Below are positions 56,609 through 64,000 of a stretch of 64,000 bases of DNA, one piece after another. The DNA is from a virus (Duplodnaviria; Caudoviricetes). The notes under the pieces are model-generated. The model searched no databases, had not been told where the DNA came from, and worked only from the letters and a program-made list of their open reading frames with translations. The translations under genes were made by a program, and so were the position numbers. Location: IMG/VR virus record IMGVR_UViG_3300036985_003045; one strand, 5' to 3'. Every line of letters starts with the position of its first letter. Position 1 is the stretch's first letter.

Positions 56609-58210
56609 TCAGAAATTGAGAAGCATAATAGGTGCTTCTAATTCTATTTGTCCATCATCATAAAAACCGAATGGTGTTAATTCTTCTTCAATTAATCTCA
56701 TTTGATTTTGATACATTATTTGTCTAAGTTCTACGTTATTTAATTCTTTAAAATATGGTTGAGTTGTTAACCATGAGAAAATAACGAGACCCATTACTAA
56801 ATCATCCTTATAACTATCATCCGCTGCATATGAATCTTTAACTTCAATAAAAGTAGATAGTTCAGAAATAGTATCCATATCATTAATAAGCAATTTATTT
56901 TCTACTAATAATGATTTTAAATTGGCACAACCAATTCTTTTAGTTTTTTTATCAGTGTTTACACCTAAATATGGTCTGCCACCAAATCCACCTCCGGCAG
57001 ATTGTCCTTTATCTAATCCCTTTGGTTTTTTATTTATAATAATCATATTTTCATATTCTAACTCATGATGTAAAATATGTGCCACCTGTTCAGATATATT
57101 TATCTCAATTAAAACATGTGCATTATTATAATCTTTTGCTACTTTATATATTATATTTGGAAATAATAAAGGACTTATATGATTATCTTTATACTTAGCA
57201 ACTTGTTTGTATGGTATTTCTGATATGTCAATCACTTGAATTACCGAATTATCACCACCGACACCTTTAGACGGATCAACTGTCATTACATAATTTCTGC
57301 CTCTTTCAGGTGCATCAAAAACATCTAATCCTTCTCTTGTATATTCAATAACACTTGGAGTTAGTTTAGATAAAGTATCAGGCGGTATCAAAGTTAAACT
57401 AGAACCTAAAAATGAACATTCAACTTCTTGGCAGTACTTAAGATCACCTAATTGTCTTCGTTGTTCTTCTGCCCAAGCAGCATCTCTACCTGGAATTTCC
57501 CAATAAGGAATAAACAGCGGTATAAAGTCATTATGACCTTTTTCTGCATCTGTCCAAAACTTCCAAAAATGATTATAACCAAGTGGAGTAGAACTTAGTA
57601 AAATTTTAGATGTTTGTCCTGAAGAAATTGTAGGATAAACAGAAGTAAAAAACTCATCAGCTACTGTATTTGGAATAAAAGCAGTTTCATCAATATAAAG
57701 CATATTAACGGTTTTACCACGAATACCAGAACCTGTAGTAGCAGCGGTAAATACTTTTGACTTATTTTCTAATTCAATATCACCTTTATTCCAAGTTGTT
57801 ACTCCACATTTTAACCAATCAGGTAATAACTCAAACATTAGTTGAAGTCTACTCATTACCTCTCTTGCTGCAGCAGATTTATTTGCAAGAATTGCTACAT
57901 TTTTGGCATCATTAAAATTAACATACCAAAGAATATATGCTGCAGAAGTTTGAGTTTTACCCTGTTGACGACCTTCCATGAGAATAACTTTACGATTCTC
58001 ATGTATTATCTTTACCTTTCTTTTTTGGCAATCATAAAGATTAAACGGTACAATACCGTGGTCAATTGAAATAATTTTACAATAACTATCTATAAAATAA
58101 ATAGGATCTTGTGCACACTTAATATATTCTTGTACTTGTTCTTGAGTATATTGAACTTGTACATTTGCTGCTTTTAAATTAGGATTGCTATTATATGTTA
58201 ATGATGCCAT
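56609..58210 (-). CDS. gp17: Terminase large subunit
   Basis: GRQQGKT, YIDETAF, SSTPLGYNHF, DPSKG, DDLVM. Confidence 0.97.
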   Translation of the reverse strand: MASLTYNSNPNLKAANVQVQYTQEQVQEYIKCAQDPIYFIDSYCKIISIDHGIVPFNLYDCQKRKVKIIHENRKVILMEGRQQGKTQTSAAYILWYVNFNDAKNVAILANKSAAAREVMSRLQLMFELLPDWLKCGVTTWNKGDIELENKSKVFTAATTGSGIRGKTVNMLYIDETAFIPNTVADEFFTSVYPTISSGQTSKILLSSTPLGYNHFWKFWTDAEKGHNDFIPLFIPYWEIPGRDAAWAEEQRRQLGDLKYCQEVECSFLGSSLTLIPPDTLSKLTPSVIEYTREGLDVFDAPERGRNYVMTVDPSKGVGGDNSVIQVIDISEIPYKQVAKYKDNHISPLLFPNIIYKVAKDYNNAHVLIEINISEQVAHILHHELEYENMIIINKKPKGLDKGQSAGGGFGGRPYLGVNTDKKTKRIGCANLKSLLVENKLLINDMDTISELSTFIEVKDSYAADDSYKDDLVMGLVIFSWLTTQPYFKELNNVELRQIMYQNQMRLIEEELTPFGFYDDGQIELEAPIMLLNF

Positions 58211-58225
58211 AATAAAACTAATCTA

Positions 58226-58420
58226 TTAAATAGATCGTCTTTCCTTATCAATTTTAACATTTACTTTAGTGATTGCTTTATTAGCACCGGTAATACGTGT
58301 ACGCGCTTTATCCATATCACCTTTTTCAATTGCAGACCGCCTTTCTACTTCATTTTTATCAAGATACTTATTTAATGTACTCTTTGATAATTCTGAAATT
58401 AATTCTTTATAACTTTTCAT
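58226..58420 (-). CDS. Small internal-protein-like ORF
   Basis: MKSYKELISE signal followed by an LSKSTLNKY module variant. Confidence 0.6.
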   Translation of the reverse strand: MKSYKELISELSKSTLNKYLDKNEVERRSAIEKGDMDKARTRITGANKAITKVNVKIDKERRSI

Positions 58421-59161
58421 TTAAAATTCCTCTAACCAAGACTCTGATATAATACTACCATCTATAGGATCACCAATAGCAGTATAATTAGCAGTAGATT
58501 CATTAGTAACAATATCATTAATATTAGCTTTAACAGTAGTAATAATACCACTTGTACTATTTCCGCTAAATAAATTTAATTTCAAAGTGAAATTTAATGT
58601 ATGAGTTACAAATCTTCTAGTAGTAAAATCTCCATCATAATCATCTTGAACTGAAATGCTATTTAAAATAATAGGAATGTCTTGAATAACATTCATTTCA
58701 GGAACCGCATTAATTGATAATGTGTATTCAGGAGTAAATGTAGGTAAAATTTGTTCTATTATTTGTAATGCATCTTCTTGAGTTTTTGTCAAAATATACA
58801 ATGAAATATCAAGATTATATGGAACAACAGAACTTAATGTACTTAGAGAACTTAAACCATCACCACATTTTATTTGTTGCATTCTATTTGTTTTTCTTAC
58901 AGAATCATAAGAATAACCGGTAATTTCAAAGGATATTCTAGGCAATGACGTATAAGTATGATTTTCAAGAGTAGGATCAGAATCTATTCTTACTATCCAT
59001 TTTTCCTTAGGTGCATATCCTACGGGAACTTTTAAGGTTTGAATTGTAGTTCCAGTAACAGAACCACCTTCTTTTCTTTCTATTTTAATATTAGAAAAAA
59101 GACTGCCAAAACCAATAATAGTTTTTCTTATAATTCCGTGATAAAATGGAGTTTCGTACAT
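58421..59161 (-). CDS. gp15: Tail sheath stabiliser/completion protein
   Basis: YHGIIRK..IGFG.LF, VPVGYAPKEK, LPRISFE, QIIEQILPTF.P. Confidence 0.93.
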   Translation of the reverse strand: MYETPFYHGIIRKTIIGFGSLFSNIKIERKEGGSVTGTTIQTLKVPVGYAPKEKWIVRIDSDPTLENHTYTSLPRISFEITGYSYDSVRKTNRMQQIKCGDGLSSLSTLSSVVPYNLDISLYILTKTQEDALQIIEQILPTFTPEYTLSINAVPEMNVIQDIPIILNSISVQDDYDGDFTTRRFVTHTLNFTLKLNLFSGNSTSGIITTVKANINDIVTNESTANYTAIGDPIDGSIISESWLEEF

Positions 59162-60066
59162 TAAATATCTCCGAACGGATTATTAGTATTCCATACAACT
59201 GTAGATGCTTCATCTAAAAATGAGTTGTTATCACCATATGAATCTGGTTTATCTATATTAACATTAACCACAGCTTCAATAAGTGCTCCAGTCCCATTTC
59301 CAATTATTTCAACAAAAGGTATTACTTTATAACCTGTACCAGGATTAGTGATAATAATATCAACAATTTTACCTGCATTACTTCCAGTTCCAATAACTGG
59401 CGTTGCAGTTGCTCCATATCCAGTAGAAGATGTAAATTCAACTGTAGCAGTTGAATATGCTGATCCAGTATTTGTAATATTAATAGTTGTTACCTCACCA
59501 AAATTACTATCTGCGATATCAGTAGAGAATGTTTTTAATGATTCAAATACATCAATATCAGTATGACCGGTATCAATTCTTTCAGATGCATATTGGAACA
59601 ATTCTACTTGAAGTTTATAAACATATAATTTGCCTAATTGATAGAACGGATCTTGATGTTGTACAAATTTAATTTCAAATAAACCTTTTGACAATGGGAA
59701 ATAAATTAAGTCACCTTCATTGGGTCTAGTAGGTACAGTTGTTACACCATATCTGCCGACAAATTGTTCCCATCTTCTTCTAGCAACAACAAGCGTTGCT
59801 GATTGTTCTACCATCAGGCCAAATTTTTGGATCATGAATCCTTGGCCACCGAATGAATCAATATTTTCAAAATACATTTCAATTGGAAATGCAGTCTTAA
59901 ATTGGGATAATCTATCTTCTCCTAAAATATTATCCTTTGCAACTAATGTTCTAGGGATATACATCACTTCATTTCCATACATACGAAGTGATTCAATGAT
60001 CAGATCTTCTACAAGATATTGTTCGTTTTTAGTACCATGTGTAAAATATACATTAGTTGTTGTCAT
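59161..60066 (-). CDS. gp14: Neck protein
   Basis: EQYLVEDLIIES, P.EGDLIYFP, FEIKFVQHQDPFYQLG. Confidence 0.93.
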   Translation of the reverse strand: MTTTNVYFTHGTKNEQYLVEDLIIESLRMYGNEVMYIPRTLVAKDNILGEDRLSQFKTAFPIEMYFENIDSFGGQGFMIQKFGLMVEQSATLVVARRRWEQFVGRYGVTTVPTRPNEGDLIYFPLSKGLFEIKFVQHQDPFYQLGKLYVYKLQVELFQYASERIDTGHTDIDVFESLKTFSTDIADSNFGEVTTINITNTGSAYSTATVEFTSSTGYGATATPVIGTGSNAGKIVDIIITNPGTGYKVIPFVEIIGNGTGALIEAVVNVNIDKPDSYGDNNSFLDEASTVVWNTNNPFGDI

Positions 60067-60069
60067 GAT

Positions 60070-61050
60070 TTATCCCATGAACCAACTTAATGGAGCAGAT
60101 TTAGTCATTAGTTCATCTTCTAAATCTTTAATCTCATCAATTGCTTCTCTATATAGAGAATCACCATCTAGTGTAACACCACCCGGTAATTGAATACCGG
60201 AAAACTTTTTGATATTAGTTGCCCACATCTTTTTAAATAATGCAGTAGTATAATGTTTCAACCATAACTCTCCCCACATTCTAGGAGCAGTGACAGGATC
60301 TAAAGCACCATAACCATCAACCATTAGATATTGACCAATAAGAGCATCTGCTTGCCATTTAATATCAAGATATAGTTTGTTTGTAAATCTATTAAACCGA
60401 ATATCAGGTTTGGCATTAAGTTCAAAATCAAGCATTGACAAATGACTCATTACAGTTTTATAATAGATCATCGAGGTAGATGTTACATCATATAAATCGT
60501 GCAAACGTAATTGGTATTGCAAGTCAAACATATTCTTAGATGAAGATGCCTGTGCCATAGGAATAACTCTAGTCACACCATACAATAAATCAGGAAGTGT
60601 AATATATCTATTATCAAATACACCTTTAACTACTGGAGAAGTTGAACTTAATGTAGCAGAAATTATATCATTTGAAATAGTTTCTCCAGCAAGGAAATTA
60701 CCGGTTATATTAACTATAAGAAGAACATTTCCTGTAGATGTTCTTGATTCTGTTCTAGTACCTTCATCTAAAACTACAAATGCTGTAGCACCTGATGTTA
60801 CTCCAGTAACTTTAGTTGCATCACCAAAAGATTCAGCATTATTAGTTGTAAGATTTAACACAGAAGCAGTAATCATATATTTGGCATATACTTGTTCAAT
60901 ACCTTCTGGATGATATAATCTCCAATATTCTACTGCTTCATCAATACGATCTTCTAGTTGATCATCATCAACATTTATCTCAAGCACTGGTGCACCTAGT
61001 GCTCTCAAGGCATATTGTTTTAGACCTTCCCTTGTATTTACTGTTGCCAT
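60070..61050 (-). CDS. gp13: Neck protein
   Basis: LRALGAPVLEINV..DQLEDRIDEA, QLPGGVTLDG. Confidence 0.93.
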   Translation of the reverse strand: MATVNTREGLKQYALRALGAPVLEINVDDDQLEDRIDEAVEYWRLYHPEGIEQVYAKYMITASVLNLTTNNAESFGDATKVTGVTSGATAFVVLDEGTRTESRTSTGNVLLIVNITGNFLAGETISNDIISATLSSTSPVVKGVFDNRYITLPDLLYGVTRVIPMAQASSSKNMFDLQYQLRLHDLYDVTSTSMIYYKTVMSHLSMLDFELNAKPDIRFNRFTNKLYLDIKWQADALIGQYLMVDGYGALDPVTAPRMWGELWLKHYTTALFKKMWATNIKKFSGIQLPGGVTLDGDSLYREAIDEIKDLEDELMTKSAPLSWFMG

Positions 61051-61079
61051 CTTACTATTCCAATAATTAGTTTTATATA

Positions 61080-61304
61080 CTATTTATTAAACACCACATT
61101 GAACATATTTTGGACTAATTCTTCTTCGTTGCTGATGTCTGAATCTGCTACTAATGTGTAACCTTTATTTGTATATACAGGTAATGAAGAATCATCTGGA
61201 TCATCAAGAATAATTTGATATTCAACGTATAACTGTTGAGGTATTTCGCCCATATCTATTCTATAAGAAATACTAATTAGTTTTTGTGTTTTTGTAATTG
61301 CCAT
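61080..61304 (-). CDS. Hypothetical protein (tail fibre assembly-like position)
   Basis: 74-aa ORF directly after the fibre gene. Confidence 0.55.
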   Translation of the reverse strand: MAITKTQKLISISYRIDMGEIPQQLYVEYQIILDDPDDSSLPVYTNKGYTLVADSDISNEEELVQNMFNVVFNK

Positions 61305-61305
61305 T

Positions 61306-63999
61306 TTAATTTCCTTTGTTTATAAGTTCTTTCAGTTCATCAATTTGTACTTGTTGTTCTTTGATTGCTTCAATAAGAAGACCAACCATATTTCCATAAG
61401 CAACAGAATAATTAGTGTCTTCTGAACCGATTACAGCTTCTGGTAATACTTCTAGAACTTCTTGTGCGATAACACCTGTTTGTCTATCGCATTCCATATC
61501 TGTTCTGTCAAATGTATAACCATTAAGTTTCTTTACTTTTTCTAGTGCATTATCAATTTTTAGTATATTAGTTTTATGTCTTTTATCTGAAAATGCAGTT
61601 ATATTGCCACTAGCAACAACTGTTCCTTGTGCAGTTACTGTAAATATAGCACCACCTCCACCATTACCTATTACAAGGGTATTTGATGCCCCTGTGGTGC
61701 CGTTATCCCAATTTAGATAAACTGCAGCCGTTGCACCTGAATTAAAATGTAAGTTTGGTGTGTATCTAAATACACCATTCGGTGCTGCCCCTGTTAATTG
61801 AGATGCTGTTGTGGCAGTGGCAGCGTTGCCTGTGCAAGAAGCTGATGAACCTGTGACGCTTATGCCCCAAGAACCAGAAGCACTACCTCCAGTTAATGTA
61901 GGTGAGTATGAAGTATAATTTCCTGAGTCTAAAACAGTTCTCCAAGATTGCCAAGTGCCGCTATTTTTACCCCGAACGGCAATTTGACCTGTTCTGAAAT
62001 CACCATTTATTTGATGTTGCCATGAAGCGTCGTGTGTTGAACAATAAACACCGCCATCTGTTTGCCCAAATAAAGAGTAACCTGTAGAATAACCTATTCC
62101 ATTTGTGCCTTGTGTATCAACAGCAAAAGAAGATGAACTGCTAGAGTTCTTAAATGCTATACCATCAATGTTATCTGCACTTGTAGCAGTAGCAGCATTA
62201 CCATTATATTGCGATCCGTTACTGCTTATTTGGTATGTTCCTCCATTTAGATAAATAGTGCCGTTGTTGTAGTAATTTAAATACATTACTTTACCAACAC
62301 CACCATCAATATGTATATTACCATCTGTCGCTTGTACGGTTGCGATATTAGCTACACCAGAACCAGCACCATTTCCACCAAGTTGTATTTTTGCTCCCCA
62401 AGTTGCATTGGGTTGAGTTAGGAAAGTAGCGTTTTGAGATGCTGTAGCAGTAGCAGCGTTGCCTGTACAAGAAGCTGAAGAACCTGTGACGTTACCTCCA
62501 GCAGTTATGTTTGTTCCTGAAATAGAGCCAGCAGAAGATATATTATTTCCTGCCATTGATAATGGAGAAAAGGTTGTTCCAGCAGTATCAATACTAGAAA
62601 ATGCAATGCCTGTGCCTTCGTCAAATCGCATCATTTGACCAGTTAATGTAGTATTTACTCTAGGAAATGACCCACTACTATTGCTTCTGTTTCTTGCAAT
62701 ACCCCCAGCAGTCCAAGTTGCTGCTGGTTCTGAAGCCCATAAATATAAATAAGCATCTCCATTTGCGGCACCATTGTTACCTGCGGGTAGACCTACCTTT
62801 AGGTTTTGTCCATGTGTAAAATTGAATGAGCTATTTCCATAGCTTGTTACCGTACCACCTGATTGGTTTGTAGCTGTTGTAGCAGTCGCAGCGTTGCCTG
62901 TGCAAGATGCTGATGAACCAGTAGTATTTTGGTTAAGTGTTGGGAACGTGCAATTAGTCAGTGTTCCTGAAGATGGAGTACCTAATGCTCCACCTGTAGA
63001 ATATTTACCATTAAAAGTATTCCAATCAGTTGAAGTTAAATATCCAGAAGCAGAAGTAGTTGCGGCAGGAATACCTATAGAAACTGCGCCAGAACCGTTA
63101 TATGAAGTACCAGTTAAAGGAGCGCTAATAGTTAAAGCATTAAGATTAGATCCTAATGATATACCTGAAATTGTACTAGCAGCAAGTTTAGAAACTGCTA
63201 TTGCTGCTGAAATACTAATATCTCCATTAACAATGGTACCTTCAGCAATCATTGTACTAGTTACAGTACCTGTATCTCCTGTAGTAATTATAGTTCCACT
63301 TACATCTGGAACTGATAATGTTCTAGTAGTTGCTGTAGTTATACTTGATAATTGAAACTGTAATTTTTTAGTACCATCTGTTTCATCAATGAAATATGTT
63401 GTGCTATCAGATAATGATTTATTTGTAAGAGTCTGTGCAGTGGTTTTATCAACTGTTGTTGCAGTGTCTATTGCAATTGTTACGCCGGCAGAACCATTAT
63501 AGGTGGTACCTGATAATCCAGTGCCAATAGTTAATGCATTTAAATTTGAACCAAGAGATATACCTGAAATTGTGCTTGAAACTAACTTTGTAATTGCAAT
63601 CGAACCTGCTAACATTGTATTAGTAACAGAACTTGTATCACCTGTTGTTACAATTGTTCCAGTAACTGCCGGTATTGTAAGAATTGTTCCAGTACCAACT
63701 GCGGCAGTAGGAACTAATTGAACTGTACCAGAAGTAGATCCAGGAAGAGTTACACTGGATATACCTGTTAATGCAAGATTAGCACTTGCTCTATTTAAGG
63801 TGACTGAAGTTGTACCAATATAATTGGTAGAATTACCTAATACTGTATTTGAAATAGTGCCTGTTAAATTTCCAGCAGTAGTATAGTATGATCCATGTTG
63901 CCCATCTAAATAATCTGAATTTAAATTAGATACAAGAGTAGTAGAAGTAACTGTTAATGGTGCAGTTCCAGTAGCAATTGTAGAAGTTAATGAACCAAC
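61306..63999 (-). CDS. Tail fibre with C-terminal S74 intramolecular chaperone (5' end outside window)
   Basis: Frame is open from the window end, beyond the track's ATG at 63615. Thr/Gly/Ser-rich repeats; FSDKRHKTNI...GVIAQEV..VLPE...V.YGNMVGLLIEAIKE. Confidence 0.9.
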   Translation of the reverse strand, partial: VGSLTSTIATGTAPLTVTSTTLVSNLNSDYLDGQHGSYYTTAGNLTGTISNTVLGNSTNYIGTTSVTLNRASANLALTGISSVTLPGSTSGTVQLVPTAAVGTGTILTIPAVTGTIVTTGDTSSVTNTMLAGSIAITKLVSSTISGISLGSNLNALTIGTGLSGTTYNGSAGVTIAIDTATTVDKTTAQTLTNKSLSDSTTYFIDETDGTKKLQFQLSSITTATTRTLSVPDVSGTIITTGDTGTVTSTMIAEGTIVNGDISISAAIAVSKLAASTISGISLGSNLNALTISAPLTGTSYNGSGAVSIGIPAATTSASGYLTSTDWNTFNGKYSTGGALGTPSSGTLTNCTFPTLNQNTTGSSASCTGNAATATTATNQSGGTVTSYGNSSFNFTHGQNLKVGLPAGNNGAANGDAYLYLWASEPAATWTAGGIARNRSNSSGSFPRVNTTLTGQMMRFDEGTGIAFSSIDTAGTTFSPLSMAGNNISSAGSISGTNITAGGNVTGSSASCTGNAATATASQNATFLTQPNATWGAKIQLGGNGAGSGVANIATVQATDGNIHIDGGVGKVMYLNYYNNGTIYLNGGTYQISSNGSQYNGNAATATSADNIDGIAFKNSSSSSSFAVDTQGTNGIGYSTGYSLFGQTDGGVYCSTHDASWQHQINGDFRTGQIAVRGKNSGTWQSWRTVLDSGNYTSYSPTLTGGSASGSWGISVTGSSASCTGNAATATTASQLTGAAPNGVFRYTPNLHFNSGATAAVYLNWDNGTTGASNTLVIGNGGGGAIFTVTAQGTVVASGNITAFSDKRHKTNILKIDNALEKVKKLNGYTFDRTDMECDRQTGVIAQEVLEVLPEAVIGSEDTNYSVAYGNMVGLLIEAIKEQQVQIDELKELINKGN

Positions 64000-64000
64000 T

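Noticed and set aside
12274-58210. Inteins or group I introns in gp41, gp43, gp46, gp17, gp20
   Set aside because: All ORFs are continuous and of normal T4-like length, with no splicing motifs seen.
5-63721. Many short opposite-strand or alternative-frame ORFs in the track (e.g. 5..424+, 11866..12306+, 44551..44880+, 59720..60193+, 62894..63355+)
   Set aside because: They are shadows of well-supported genes, lack SD or promoter context, and show no recognisable motifs.
1-64000. Stop-codon reassignment or tRNA genes
   Set aside because: Core genes translate full length with the standard code, and no cloverleaf/TTCGA-CCA patterns were found in intergenic gaps.

Overview
AT-rich fragment of a large T4-like myovirus genome with cyanophage/pelagiphage-like gene order. 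Nearly all genes lie on the minus strand. From right to left it holds: a partial tail fibre with an S74 chaperone; neck, tail and head genes (gp13-15, 17-23, gp3); uvsY/uvsW, gp55, gp47/46; a CobT/CobS-like pair; clamp and loader (gp45/44/62), regA and hsp20; a lysis-like block (GH19 endolysin, secreted nuclease, lipoprotein); and a CHASE2 class III cyclase. An unannotated 24-aa PqqA precursor gene follows. A plus-strand late operon encodes CsgF, CsgG, a curlin-like protein, FecR and a holin. Further left are ligase, dexA, gp43, uvsX, gp40/41, an AEP primase and a DNA-modification cluster. That cluster combines a T4-type dCMP hydroxymethylase with myo-inositol-1-phosphate synthase, a HAD phosphatase and two putative DNA-acting enzymes ending in sliding-clamp motifs, which suggests an inositol-derived hypermodification of hmC. 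The left end holds paired nucleotidyltransferases and small proteins with T4-like capsid-targeting N-termini. All family calls come from motif recognition by eye; no database searches were run.
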